Origin: Synechococcus elongatus PCC 6301
GTDB taxonomy: Bacteria; Cyanobacteriota; Cyanobacteriia; Synechococcales; Synechococcaceae
Assembly: GCF_000010065.1 (NCBI RefSeq)
Contig: NC_006576.1
Coordinates: 870,001 to 902,000, forward strand
Direction: 5' to 3'
Length of the DNA: 32,000 nt
Shown: in pieces, positions 7,551 through 16,994 of the stretch
How positions within the stretch are numbered: position 1 is the stretch's first letter
Layout of the letters: the number at the start of each line of letters is the position of its first letter
The notes under the pieces: generated by a model
The model's input: only the letters and a program-made list of their open reading frames with translations
Database searches by the model: none
Told to the model about the DNA's origin: nothing
Program-made: the position numbers and the translations under genes

Positions 7551-8054
7551 TTAAATTCCAATCGCTGCACGGATGGACTCAAGCTGGTCAGTGCCACCGA
7601 CTTTGCGAATCATGCTCACGACGTCGACTTCAATCAGCTCATGACCGTCGATCGCGACTTTGATGTAGCGGAGCGCCATCATGAACTGTCCAGAAGTTTT
7701 CTCGCCAGCAGTCCAGTCGCCTGCGTCCATCTCTTTAACCACGCCGCGCATGTTGACGACTATCGGCACGGCTGCCTCGCCGTCGCGGCGTAGCCCCCCG
7801 CGAGCTGTAACCTGAGTGGCGGCACCATCAGCCAAGCCCCAAAGCCGAACCACATTCGGGTCGTACTCAAACAGTTGGAAGGTGCACTCCAGCTTCTCTT
7901 GCCCTAGGTCGATCTCGACCGGCGCATCCATGCCACCGCCCCGATACTCCTCCATCTGGGTGGTGAGCTTGGGCAGTGTGAGCTGTTCGATAACGCCCGC
8001 GTAGCCGCGACCATCGACGAACAAATTGAAGTTCTTTAGAACGCGGGGGATCAT
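7551..8054 (-). CDS. Tail tube protein (P2 gpFII family)
   Basis: 167 aa. LKNFNLFVDGRGYAGVIEQLTLPKLTTQMEEYRGGGMDAPVEIDLG closely parallels the P2 FII N-terminus. It follows the sheath gene with a 4-nt overlap. Confidence 0.9.
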   Translation of the reverse strand: MIPRVLKNFNLFVDGRGYAGVIEQLTLPKLTTQMEEYRGGGMDAPVEIDLGQEKLECTFQLFEYDPNVVRLWGLADGAATQVTARGGLRRDGEAAVPIVVNMRGVVKEMDAGDWTAGEKTSGQFMMALRYIKVAIDGHELIEVDVVSMIRKVGGTDQLESIRAAIGI

Positions 8055-9475
8055 CGCGAGTTGACTCCTGCGAAGAGGTCAATGACGTAGGTGTTGACCA
8101 GGTGGCTGCGGAACGTGACCCGCTCAGCCGGATAGGGCGGAGTGAACTCGAAGTCGAAGACCACGTTGCCCGAGCTGATGCTGGTCGGGGTGTTTAGCTC
8201 GGGGTCGACCCAGACATCACCGCCGAGGATCGCACCGCGTGCCTTGAGCGATCGCAGGTACTCTCGCACCGACTCGCTCACCTCCTCGAGGTAAGTCGCT
8301 GTGGTGCAGCGATCGACCGCCCAGAGGTGCCCGCGCAGGATCGATTCGTTGATCATGTCCGCCGTGCGGCGAACCGACGGGAAGGCGTACTTGGGATCGA
8401 TGCTCAGCGTGCGGTTGCCCCACAGCCGGAAGCCACCCTCGCGGATGATGGTCGCGATTTTCTGCTCGTTCAGCAGGTTGGCGCGGCTCGTGTAGTCGCC
8501 CAGCGCGAAGTCGATCTGGCGTGCCGTGCCTTCGATGCCCGCGATCTCGTTGTTTGACGGCGACCACCAGAAACCGCGCTCGTTGTCGATCTTGTTGATC
8601 AGGCCAGCCACGCAAGGCGAGGCCGGAGTCTGGTCGCCGTTGCGGAGCACCCATGGGTCGATGACGTAGACGCGATCGCTGCCGAAGTCGTCGTTGAGCT
8701 GAATCGCGGCGCTGTCGGTCGTGTTCGGGCCATCGACAATAATCACAGCCCGCAGCCGGTTTGCGATGCCCAGCAGTTCGCTCACCACGCGGGAGCGAAC
8801 TGCGCCACGATTAGCCGTGCCCGCGACGGCCTGAGTGCCGCCTTCTGGAGGTGCGCCGATCGTTACGGTTGGGCTGGTGATGTAGCCGCTACCGGGGTTG
8901 TCGATAATGATCTCGACGACCTTGCCGGCGTCGCCGCCCGTGCCCAGCACAGCGCGAGCGATCGCCCCAGTTCCGCTGCCACCCGAGATTGTCACAGCTG
9001 GAGCAGTCAGGTAGCCGTCACCTTGTTCAGTGAGCGGGATCGACAAGATGCCGTTGCTGCTGCGCTGATGAGTGTAGCCAGGAGCAATCAGGATGCGAGG
9101 TGCGAAGCCCGCGATGTTCTCAGCGGCGAGGAAGCACTGCACGCCGAGGTAGTTACCAAACTCGTCAGTGCCGCCAATCACGTTAGCGATCGTCTCGGCT
9201 TCGCTCACGCCTTCCTCGACACGGACGAGGATCACGACCGCGCCCGCTTGGTCGTAGATCAGGTCGAGGGCAGTACCCAGCGTGCCGGTCGAGCCGATGC
9301 CCGCCCAGTCGCTACGGCTGGCGATCAGGATTGGAGTGTTCAGTGGGAACTTAACAGGGTCGGCGTCGGGAGCAGTCCCGATCAGACCAATCACCGATGA
9401 GCGCACCGTCTGAATCGGGCGTGCTCCGGTGTCGATCTGCAGAACTTCGACGCCGTGTAAGAAGGTGGTCGTCAT
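8051..9475 (-). CDS. Contractile tail sheath protein (P2 gpFI family) with an inserted repeat domain
   Basis: 474 aa. LHGVEVLQIDTGARPIQTVRSSVIGLIGTAPDADPVKFPLNTPILIAS parallels the P2 FI N-terminus. Residues 141-225 carry two GxGY-x3-P-x-VTI motifs. Confidence 0.9.
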   Translation of the reverse strand: MTTTFLHGVEVLQIDTGARPIQTVRSSVIGLIGTAPDADPVKFPLNTPILIASRSDWAGIGSTGTLGTALDLIYDQAGAVVILVRVEEGVSEAETIANVIGGTDEFGNYLGVQCFLAAENIAGFAPRILIAPGYTHQRSSNGILSIPLTEQGDGYLTAPAVTISGGSGTGAIARAVLGTGGDAGKVVEIIIDNPGSGYITSPTVTIGAPPEGGTQAVAGTANRGAVRSRVVSELLGIANRLRAVIIVDGPNTTDSAAIQLNDDFGSDRVYVIDPWVLRNGDQTPASPCVAGLINKIDNERGFWWSPSNNEIAGIEGTARQIDFALGDYTSRANLLNEQKIATIIREGGFRLWGNRTLSIDPKYAFPSVRRTADMINESILRGHLWAVDRCTTATYLEEVSESVREYLRSLKARGAILGGDVWVDPELNTPTSISSGNVVFDFEFTPPYPAERVTFRSHLVNTYVIDLFAGVNSR

Positions 9476-9498
9476 CGGTGGGTTCCGTTCTAGTGGTC

Positions 9499-9504
9499 AT
9501 TCTA
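9499..9504 (-). promoter_or_regulatory. TAGAAT box (candidate -10 element) for the sheath-to-D tail operon
   Basis: Lies in a 107-bp AT-rich intergenic gap. The minus strand reads GGCTAGAATGAC, with 23 nt between the box and the sheath ATG at 9475. Confidence 0.4.
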
Positions 9505-9546
9505 GCCGCACCCAGTTGACCTTATGAAGACCGACAGATTCAAATT

Positions 9547-9562
9547 AAAAACTGGAGTCCAG
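9547..9562 (-). terminator. Weak hairpin plus T-run after the fibre chaperone gene
   Basis: The minus strand reads CTGGACTCCAG followed by TTTTTAATTT. The stem is only 4-5 bp, so this is tentative. Confidence 0.25.
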
Positions 9563-9582
9563 AACCTTTGGCAGTTGATTTG

Positions 9583-10089
9583 CTACTGGCCGCGAACTGC
9601 AGCCACGAACTCGGCGGGTAGGTTGCTCAGCTCCGCGATCGCGGCCCAGCCGTCACGGTCTTGGGGTGTCGCGCCGCCGAGCTGACAGACCGCGTTGAAG
9701 ACAAGGGCGAAGGCCGCGACGCCGTTGGTTGAGACCTGAGACAGGGCGGCGGGCAGACCGGCCACAGCGACTACCGCGCCCGCTTGCAGGGCAGCGCCGC
9801 AGATCTGATTGAGCCGCACGTCGGCAAGTAGAACTGCGTTGAATGCGTCCCAGTCAGCTTGGGGTAGCGGCTCAGTGTCTGGCTCAGTGTCTGGCTCGGG
9901 CTGGGGGATTGCCTCGACTCGCCAGTCTGTTTCCTCCCAGATAGCCCGCTCGTCATTGCTGAGGGCGGGAGGTGCGATCGTGGTCGCGAAAGCTGGAATC
10001 AGGAACGCGCCGTGCTCCAGCGGCGACGGGTCGGCGGGAGTAACGTCGACGAAGATCCGGGTCTGTGGGTCGTAATGGTAGACGAGCAT
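9583..10089 (-). CDS. Tail fibre assembly chaperone (P2 gpG-like position)
   Basis: 168 aa, immediately downstream of the fibre gene. The N-terminus (YHYDPQTRIFVDVTPADPSPLEHGAFLIPAFATTIAPP) is typical of tail fibre assembly proteins. It contains an EPDTEPDTEP repeat. Confidence 0.6.
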   Translation of the reverse strand: MLVYHYDPQTRIFVDVTPADPSPLEHGAFLIPAFATTIAPPALSNDERAIWEETDWRVEAIPQPEPDTEPDTEPLPQADWDAFNAVLLADVRLNQICGAALQAGAVVAVAGLPAALSQVSTNGVAAFALVFNAVCQLGGATPQDRDGWAAIAELSNLPAEFVAAVRGQ

Positions 10090-10092
10090 GGC

Positions 10093-11256
10093 TTAGAACT
10101 TGATGCAGGCCAGATAAGCGATGTTGCGCGGGCGGGTTTCGGTGCCGCCAACGCTGCTCGTGGTGACGGCTGTTCCTGTCGTGTAGGTGGTGGCCGCAGT
10201 ACCGCCTCCAGTCGGGGCAGTCCGCGTATCAAGGTAGTGAGCGTGAGCCTTCAGCTCATCGGCCTGCGTCGAGCCGATAGCGCGGCCAGTATCGACCGAG
10301 CGGCCATCAGCCCAGCCCCGGATAAACTCGCCGCGAAGGTCTGGGACGCGGAAGGTCGTCGAGCCGTCGCCAGTGCTGTAGGAGCCGGTCGCGCCACCCG
10401 TCCAAGCCGCGTCGCTTACGATGTTGCCGCTGGCTTGGGCATAGGCCCAGAGCCTCGCGTAGGTGGTTCGGCTCAGCAGCGCACCGTTCGCCTTGATGTA
10501 GCCGGCTGGCGGGGTGTTGCCCGTCACCCAGATTGCGACGCCTGCGGGGACGGCAAGCGCTGCGATCGCCTGAGCGACACGCTCGCTGGTCATCAGCTTG
10601 TCCGGCGCGGTGCCACCTTCGGCCTGGGCTTGGCTGGCGATCGCGGACGAGTTGACCTTGGCGAACGTGACCGCGCCGTCGCGGAGCTTGACCGTGGTTA
10701 CGGTGTCGTCGCCCGGCGCGTTGGTGTTGCCCGCAGTACCGAGGATCAGCACGCGCACCCGCGCGCCCGTGGCGGGCGCTTCGGAGAGCGTCAGCGTCGG
10801 CCCATCCATCGACAAGCTGTATTCGCTAGTCGGCTGCACGACGCCATCGACCGTCACGAGGATAGACGAGGGCGAAGCGGCCACAGCCGTCAGGGTGTAG
10901 CTGGTCTGCGCCACGCCTGCCGTAAACACGTTCTCAGTCTGCGTGGTGCCCTGGACGTAGCGGGCATCACTCTCGGCCTTGGTGTAACGGTTCGCTAGCG
11001 CCGTCGTGACCGTCGCAGCGAAGCTGGGATCATCACCGAGCGCAGCGGCCAGTTCGTTAAGCGTGTCGAGGGCACCCGGCGCGCCATCCAGCACGGAGTC
11101 GATCAATGCCTCGACGGCGGCGAGCGTCGGGCGAGCGGCCACGTCTGCGTCGATCGCGTCAAGCGCAGCCCGCAGCCGCAGTACGTCCTCGGCGAGCTGG
11201 TTGTCCGGCGAGGGCTTCTGGTAGTTCTGGTTCGTTGTCCGGTCGTCGGTTGCCAT
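10093..11256 (-). CDS. Tail fibre protein with a C-terminal phage tail-collar domain
   Basis: 387 aa. It has an N-terminal fibre repeat (GAPGALDTLNELAAALGDDP). The C-terminal motif YIKANGALLSRTTYARLWAYA...FRVPDLRGEFIRGW is characteristic of the tail-collar domain. Confidence 0.8.
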   Translation of the reverse strand: MATDDRTTNQNYQKPSPDNQLAEDVLRLRAALDAIDADVAARPTLAAVEALIDSVLDGAPGALDTLNELAAALGDDPSFAATVTTALANRYTKAESDARYVQGTTQTENVFTAGVAQTSYTLTAVAASPSSILVTVDGVVQPTSEYSLSMDGPTLTLSEAPATGARVRVLILGTAGNTNAPGDDTVTTVKLRDGAVTFAKVNSSAIASQAQAEGGTAPDKLMTSERVAQAIAALAVPAGVAIWVTGNTPPAGYIKANGALLSRTTYARLWAYAQASGNIVSDAAWTGGATGSYSTGDGSTTFRVPDLRGEFIRGWADGRSVDTGRAIGSTQADELKAHAHYLDTRTAPTGGGTAATTYTTGTAVTTSSVGGTETRPRNIAYLACIKF

Positions 11257-11260
11257 GCGG

Positions 11261-12712
11261 TTAGATCGTCACGACGCGAAGCTGGCGGATACGCGGCCGT
11301 GCCGCAGCGGTACCCGAGAGCGTGAGGCGCACGCGGGTCGTGGTGCCGGAAGCCGTGAACGGGTTGAGTGTGTAGGTCAGCTCGGCCCACTGATCATCGA
11401 GCGGCGTGCTGCTGGTCAGCGTCACCGCTTGCCATGAGCCGTCGCCCTTCTGGAACTCGACCGTCACGCCGGAACCGCTGGGCAGGAACGCCTCAAAGGT
11501 GGCGCTAACACGCGCGCCCGAAGCGCTCGGGAACGCTCGCGAGACGTAGTTCGCGCTGACTGCCTGCCGCCCAAAAATGGCCTGTGAGCCAGCGAACAGG
11601 GTCGGCGACTGCGTGGGGTTGCCGCGCAGGATGGCCGACAGCGTGACCGGATCGTTCAGATTCTCAGCAAGCTGGATCGGTACGTTGTCCGAGCCTCGGA
11701 TCTGCGACCCATCCGGGCGCGTGTAGATGAACTCGACGTCGGTGTCGCTGTTCACGCGATCGACGCCGGCCAGAGTGATGAGGTCAGTATTGTCGCCGCG
11801 CAGAACGCGGATTGTGCCCGTCGCTGGCGTGACGGGAGCGCCCACGATCGTGTACGTGAACTGATCGCCCGTGACGCCAGTCACCGTAAAAGAGCCGTTG
11901 TATTCGGTCTGCCCAGCTCCATAGACGATCGCCTTGTCGCCGACCTGCAGACCGTGACCGGGCGCGTTGACCGTGACGGTCGTACCCGATCGGGTGACGC
12001 TGATCGCCTGCGCTTGGTAGATCTGGCCGAGGTTGACCGTGCGGCTGTTGCTGCTGAACGCCGCGCCGTAGAGCCGGAAGGTTAGGTCGGCCTCTTGGAA
12101 GGGAGTCCAGGTGCTCGCGTTCGAAGACTTGAGCAGCGTGCCCACCGTGTAGGGCTGCGACGTGACCCAGCCGTTCACGGGGTCGAACTTGCCTAGCTCG
12201 GCGATCGCGACCGCGTGAATCGGATCGTCAGTCAGGATGACGATTGCATATTCAACTTCAGGCTGCAGGTAGACAGGACTCTGGAAGGTGCATCGCGTCC
12301 AGCCGGTCAGGTTGATATCCGCCCCCCGGATCAGGCCGTTCATGATCGTGACATCGTTTGGGATCCCGACTTCGGTTTCGCGGATCTCGACGATGACGTT
12401 ATTCGATACGGAGCCTCGTGCTTTGAACTGGAGATCGATGCCGGTGATATGGCGTCCTTGCTCCAGCCGGAAGGTCTGCGCTAGCGGATCAGCCCGTACC
12501 TCCACGATCGAGTTAATGGTCGTAACAGTGCGGGTGATCGTGTTCACCTGCCGCTGAGTTCGCGTCAGGATCTGCCCCTCACCGATGAAACGGGCGGCGG
12601 CTGTAGAGGCCACGCTACCTCGAAACGACACCCGCTTGGTCCCAGTTGGCACGTTAGCCGGAATCGTGAAGGAGCCGGTGATCTGACCGTTGGAGTCGGC
12701 TGTTAAGGGCAT
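11261..12712 (-). CDS. Structural protein of unknown function (distal tail / receptor-binding block)
   Basis: 483-aa beta-rich, Thr/Val/Gly-rich ORF, tightly packed between the 671-aa gene and the fibre gene. I recognise no family. Confidence 0.6.
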   Translation of the reverse strand: MPLTADSNGQITGSFTIPANVPTGTKRVSFRGSVASTAAARFIGEGQILTRTQRQVNTITRTVTTINSIVEVRADPLAQTFRLEQGRHITGIDLQFKARGSVSNNVIVEIRETEVGIPNDVTIMNGLIRGADINLTGWTRCTFQSPVYLQPEVEYAIVILTDDPIHAVAIAELGKFDPVNGWVTSQPYTVGTLLKSSNASTWTPFQEADLTFRLYGAAFSSNSRTVNLGQIYQAQAISVTRSGTTVTVNAPGHGLQVGDKAIVYGAGQTEYNGSFTVTGVTGDQFTYTIVGAPVTPATGTIRVLRGDNTDLITLAGVDRVNSDTDVEFIYTRPDGSQIRGSDNVPIQLAENLNDPVTLSAILRGNPTQSPTLFAGSQAIFGRQAVSANYVSRAFPSASGARVSATFEAFLPSGSGVTVEFQKGDGSWQAVTLTSSTPLDDQWAELTYTLNPFTASGTTTRVRLTLSGTAAARPRIRQLRVVTI

Positions 12713-12715
12713 AGC

Positions 12716-14731
12716 TTAGGGGGGTGTCAGGTTGATGCCATCGAACAGCAGCTCGACTAGCTGCTCGCCAGGGCCAAAGCCCTCGATTGTGAATTGGACC
12801 GTAATCGGCCGCAGAAACCGAGCCGACTGCTCCGTGGACCGCAGCAGCTCAGTTCTAGTTTGAATCTGCTGTGTTTCCCGCGTGGTGGTACTCAGAACAT
12901 CGCCTACCGCAACGCCTTGCTGTCGGATCTCGCGGGGCGACAGGCGTATTCCCTCGTTCCGTGTTCTGTTAATCCGAATCTCTCGAGTGACAGCGGACTC
13001 CCAGACCGTATCGATAACCGTCCAGCGATCGACGGCGGGGTTCAGAGAGGCGATCGCTGGCAGGGGGTCAAAGCTCGCGTATGGGTTGATCTTCTCCTGT
13101 CCCGTCGAGCCAAGCTGCTGAAGGACGATCACCTCGGTATAGGGGAGCAGCCAGTCCTGATCATTGTTGTCGCGAACAAGCTGAACTACAGGGGCAATGG
13201 GTAGCAGCAGCTCCCCGTCGACGATTGCCGCCGTCTGGGTGATGCCCTGATCGCGAAGGTCGTCGTCCAGGAACGGATCGACGAAGACACCGCGCTTCGC
13301 GCTGGGTTCGCGCGAACTGATATCGTTCTTCAGTCGCTCCTCGGCCACGAGGTCAAAGAGGTCGACAATCAGCGATCGCATCCGCTCTAGCTGATCAAAC
13401 GGGATAGCGCGGATCCCGTCGTTTGAAGTCACAGGGGTAAGTCCCCACCGCTGCGTCACGGTAGCAAGCAGCAGCAGCGAGCTAGGCACTTGAGGCGGCA
13501 GCACCTCGAAGCGGCTTGGGATGCCCTTCAGCCGGATGAACTGCCCCGTTCGATCCATGCAGATCCGATCGATGCGCGGCACTTTCCAGTTGTAGTTCGT
13601 CAGGACAAGCGTGCCGTTCACCGCGCCCGTCACGGTGAAGCTACCCGCCTGCAGATCCACCGCGCTCGGCGTGACTGGGCCAAGGTAGCGATAGGTGACG
13701 GTGTAGGTTGAACCCGGCGCTGGCTCCGCGCCTGCGGGCGACCAGTTCACGCGATCGCCGTCGAGGAAGTAGTCAGTCGTCGGGGTGTAGGTCGTGCCGC
13801 CCTGCGTCACCGACTGGATCGAAAGCACCGACACGTCGGGCAGCGTGTCGATCGCCCCCGTAAAAGCGCCGTGGGTGATGTTGACCGTCTTCTCTCGCGT
13901 GATCGTGACCGAGCTGATCTCGTTCACGGGGAAGCGGTTAAGCTGAATCGTCGCGCTGCCGCCCGTGGCCCCGGTGAACGTGTCCGGCTCACTGAGTACG
14001 GTTTCGAGGTCTGGATCCTCGGCATAAACCAGTCGGGTCGAGGTCGTCTTGTCGACCTTGTAGCCGAAGATGTTGCCGGTGCCCTGCTTGACGTTGAACG
14101 AGTTGCTGCCACCGGACAGGCCCAGCGCCGACACCTCCAGCCCTGTGACGATATAATTGCCGTTTGACTCGCGATCGTAGCGAGCCAGAAGGTCAAGGAA
14201 CGGGTCGCCTACCGGCCCCGCGTTCTGGTCGATCAGGCCACCGTTGACGATCGTGTAAACGGGATAGAACTCACCCGGCTGCCCAGGCTCGTCCTCGTAG
14301 CCCCAAGTGGCTGTCCACTTGAGTCGCGCCGCGCCAGGCTCGCCATAGTTGCGCGTCCCGACCGCTGGATCGTAGAGGCCCGGATCCTCGATCTCGGTGA
14401 TCTCTTCCTCAAGCAGGAACACACCCACTCGGACGATGCCTACGGTCGCGATCGTGAAGCTGCGCTCTGCAACGTCGCGGACGTTTGCCTTCAGATAGAT
14501 CGAGCTTGCTGGACAGGTGATCGCGCCCGTATCGAAGGTGATGACCGGCGCGGTGCCACGCAGGACAGCGCCGTCCTTAAACACGCTGTCAGCGATGCGC
14601 TGCAGCCGATAGAGAAACGTCTTTTGAGCCTCGTTCAGCTCGGCTGACTGTAGACCCTTCCCTGCACGAAACAGCAGCTCGTCGTAGCGATCGGCTGGGT
14701 CAAATCGGTTGTAGTAGTCGGTGAAGGGCAT
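12716..14731 (-). CDS. Large structural protein of unknown function (possibly DUF4815-like)
   Basis: 671-aa ORF. The N-terminus MPFTDYYNRFDPADRYDELLFRAGKGLQSAELNEAQ resembles my recollection of DUF4815 proteins, but this is unverified. The coding call is strong and the function is unknown. Confidence 0.6.
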   Translation of the reverse strand: MPFTDYYNRFDPADRYDELLFRAGKGLQSAELNEAQKTFLYRLQRIADSVFKDGAVLRGTAPVITFDTGAITCPASSIYLKANVRDVAERSFTIATVGIVRVGVFLLEEEITEIEDPGLYDPAVGTRNYGEPGAARLKWTATWGYEDEPGQPGEFYPVYTIVNGGLIDQNAGPVGDPFLDLLARYDRESNGNYIVTGLEVSALGLSGGSNSFNVKQGTGNIFGYKVDKTTSTRLVYAEDPDLETVLSEPDTFTGATGGSATIQLNRFPVNEISSVTITREKTVNITHGAFTGAIDTLPDVSVLSIQSVTQGGTTYTPTTDYFLDGDRVNWSPAGAEPAPGSTYTVTYRYLGPVTPSAVDLQAGSFTVTGAVNGTLVLTNYNWKVPRIDRICMDRTGQFIRLKGIPSRFEVLPPQVPSSLLLLATVTQRWGLTPVTSNDGIRAIPFDQLERMRSLIVDLFDLVAEERLKNDISSREPSAKRGVFVDPFLDDDLRDQGITQTAAIVDGELLLPIAPVVQLVRDNNDQDWLLPYTEVIVLQQLGSTGQEKINPYASFDPLPAIASLNPAVDRWTVIDTVWESAVTREIRINRTRNEGIRLSPREIRQQGVAVGDVLSTTTRETQQIQTRTELLRSTEQSARFLRPITVQFTIEGFGPGEQLVELLFDGINLTPP

Positions 14732-14734
14732 GGC

Positions 14735-15220
14735 CTAGAACGTCACGACGAATTGGAACCGCTGCCGGGTCGTCAGGGCGCGGGTGATTGGAGAGATGCG
14801 CTGGATGACGAGCAGCGTGCCGGGGTCGTCGACCTCGCTCGGCTCTAGGTAGTTCTTGCCCAAGGGGACGGACTCGCCCGCTACGGTGTCGAGAAAGATA
14901 GCAACCTCGCGGATCACCTCGCCCACGCCGTCCTCGAACTGAAAGAAAAAGTCGAAGCAGACCGAGTTGGTCGGTGTTGGGGAAAGGCTGAACCGCCCCT
15001 CCGGTACTGCGATGTCGCCGTCCGGATCCGGAACTACAAAGTCAACGCTCGTCGCCTTGCGCCGTCCCACTTCAGCAAGTAGATCCGACGCGCTGCTAGG
15101 AGGCGCCGGGGGCGTTATGCCCCAGCTTGGATCGCCGTTGCCCCAGGCGAGGTGGGCCGTCCGCTGCTGAATTGCGATCGCGATCGCCACCCGTCCGCTA
15201 GTCGTGAGGATTGCGGCCAT
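14735..15220 (-). CDS. Structural protein of unknown function, first gene of the fibre block
   Basis: 161-aa ORF preceded by a 98-bp AT-rich gap with a TAGAAT box. It begins with an AIAIAI segment encoded by two overlapping HIP1 copies. Confidence 0.55.
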   Translation of the reverse strand: MAAILTTSGRVAIAIAIQQRTAHLAWGNGDPSWGITPPAPPSSASDLLAEVGRRKATSVDFVVPDPDGDIAVPEGRFSLSPTPTNSVCFDFFFQFEDGVGEVIREVAIFLDTVAGESVPLGKNYLEPSEVDDPGTLLVIQRISPITRALTTRQRFQFVVTF

Positions 15221-15242
15221 TCACCCGTTCCGAACTGCCGTC

Positions 15243-15248
15243 ATTCTA
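15243..15248 (-). promoter_or_regulatory. TAGAAT box (candidate -10 element) for the fibre block
   Basis: The minus strand reads AACTGCAGTTGGCAAAGATAGAATGAC, with 22 nt between the box and the ATG at 15220. It shares ACTGCAGTT and TAGAATG with the terS upstream region. Confidence 0.4.
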
Positions 15249-15318
15249 TCTTTGCCAACTGCAGTTCGACTAGGAGCCTATTTGATTTATCAAGCTTTGC
15301 ACCCTAGGGCGAAAGGTA

Positions 15319-16158
15319 CTAACTGGTTAGTGTACTGACTTGTGTTGAGACGACGGTCTCAACACTCCCCCAAGTTTCACTGACCCAACCGAACGGTCCC
15401 CAAGTTTGGCCGCTATACGTTACCGACTCAACATTCTCCTCACTCATCAGCAGCGGGTAGTTCAAGACGTGCCACTCTTCGTCAAGCCGCCCCTCGCTGA
15501 GCAAGAAGCGATCGAGCTTAGTCACTTGTGCGGGGGAGTAGTCGATCAGCACGCTGGCGATCGGCTCGGGGGCAGCGTCAATTGTTTTGCCGCGAAAGTC
15601 ACCGAAGCTGATCTGGGGCCAGTCGGGGCGGGGTCGCGTACCCGAGTGGTCGGACAAGATCCCGCCGTCAGACAGACCGCTCTCGTCCAATACGAAGCGC
15701 CGGAAGTCGTAGACAGCGAAGATGCGCTGCAGCCGCGATCGCACGGGCGATGCGATGCGGGCAATGCCGACGATCCGGTCGATTGTGTCCGCGTCGACGG
15801 CAGCGTCAAGACCGATCATGAACTCAGCCCAGCGCCGCGTTCCTCGCTCCGACTCCTCGACAAAACCCTCCACATCGACCCACGTCAGGCCGATGCGGAT
15901 ACTCGCAGGTGTGCCCCTGATCCGCTGCCACAGCACACCCTCAGAGACAAGCCGCCGCTGATTCGTGATGTAGGGCAGCAGCTCGCCCAGCCCATACTCA
16001 TAAACCAGCCATGGGATTACGCCGTCAGGAATGTTGACCCGCTTCGCGATGCGGATGATCGGCACCGGTCGGGCGATGCGGTCGAGCGTCGACGTTGCTC
16101 GCGACAGGTTGCGCTCAAGCGGCGTTGCGTTCGGTGGCAGAAGATCGTAGCGGCTCAT
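15319..16158 (-). CDS. Baseplate / tail protein I (P2 gpI family)
   Basis: 279 aa. The N-terminus LLPPNATPLERNLSRATSTLDRI...IPWLVYEYGLGELLPY is typical of gpI. It follows the J-like gene with a 4-nt overlap. Confidence 0.8.
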   Translation of the reverse strand: MSRYDLLPPNATPLERNLSRATSTLDRIARPVPIIRIAKRVNIPDGVIPWLVYEYGLGELLPYITNQRRLVSEGVLWQRIRGTPASIRIGLTWVDVEGFVEESERGTRRWAEFMIGLDAAVDADTIDRIVGIARIASPVRSRLQRIFAVYDFRRFVLDESGLSDGGILSDHSGTRPRPDWPQISFGDFRGKTIDAAPEPIASVLIDYSPAQVTKLDRFLLSEGRLDEEWHVLNYPLLMSEENVESVTYSGQTWGPFGWVSETWGSVETVVSTQVSTLTS

Positions 16159-16994
16159 CGGTCACGGCCTGCCAGCGTCACCGTGACGGTACCCAGCGCC
16201 GGCGCGGTGCTTGGCCCACAGACGATCGTGGCTGCTGGGCTGAGCAAATCAACCCGCTGGACACCGGGCGCGTGAAGCTTCGAGATCAGCCAGCTCGTCG
16301 TGATGTCGAAACCCAAGCCACCCTCAGAGGTGAAGGCCGCTTCGAGCACATCGGGAAGCGTGTCGACGACGGTGCTCGGTGCCTCGGGTAAGAGCCAGAT
16401 AGATGCGGTGACGTTCACCGTCGCGATCGTGGCGGGAACCACGGTCACTGCGTCCGTTACAACTCGCACGTCGTCGGCCAGCACGACTGACTCGACGGCT
16501 TCGATTAGCCCGGGAGAGGCAAGGCCATCAGGCTCGGTAGACAGAATGCTGATTAACACCTCGCCGGGAGCAGGGCTGCTCACAGCCGCGTCCTTCACCC
16601 GTGGGTCAGCCGTCAGCGCTTGATAGCGGTACCAGGCCGCACCGCCTGCGGTCGAGCTGCCCTTGATCCGCTCGATGGTGCGATCGCGAAGCTCGCCATC
16701 CGGCTCATTCGGCTGCCGCACCACGCCGTAGAACGCGGCAAGGTTGTCGAGGTCGGGGCCGTTTGAGTAGCGAAGCAGTGTCGCAAGAAGTGCGTCGTTG
16801 ATCCGCTGACGCAGGATCAGCTCGCGGGCTGCGCAGACCTCCAGCAGCTTGATGACCGGGTCGGATTCGAGGATGGCGGTGTAGCTGGCGTCACGCGATC
16901 GCAGGTCGTCGATCAAGTCCTGCAGGATCAGTTCAAAGTCCAGCGCTTCGATGATGGTGGGCGCGGGAATCGTAGCAAAGTCAAGAACGGTCAT
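16155..16994 (-). CDS. Baseplate wedge protein J (P2 gpJ / Baseplate_J family)
   Basis: 279 aa in the order W-J-I. The sequence features are J-like (FELILQDLIDDLRSRDASYTAILESDPVIKLLEV...). Confidence 0.85.
   Translation of the reverse strand: MTVLDFATIPAPTIIEALDFELILQDLIDDLRSRDASYTAILESDPVIKLLEVCAARELILRQRINDALLATLLRYSNGPDLDNLAAFYGVVRQPNEPDGELRDRTIERIKGSSTAGGAAWYRYQALTADPRVKDAAVSSPAPGEVLISILSTEPDGLASPGLIEAVESVVLADDVRVVTDAVTVVPATIATVNVTASIWLLPEAPSTVVDTLPDVLEAAFTSEGGLGFDITTSWLISKLHAPGVQRVDLLSPAATIVCGPSTAPALGTVTVTLAGRDR

Noticed and set aside
9872-9900. 12-bp tandem duplication (GGCTCAGTGTCT x2) in the fibre chaperone gene, encoding EPDTEPDTEP.
   Set aside because: This is a simple in-frame slippage duplication in a linker and shows no sign of a regulatory or phase-variable role.
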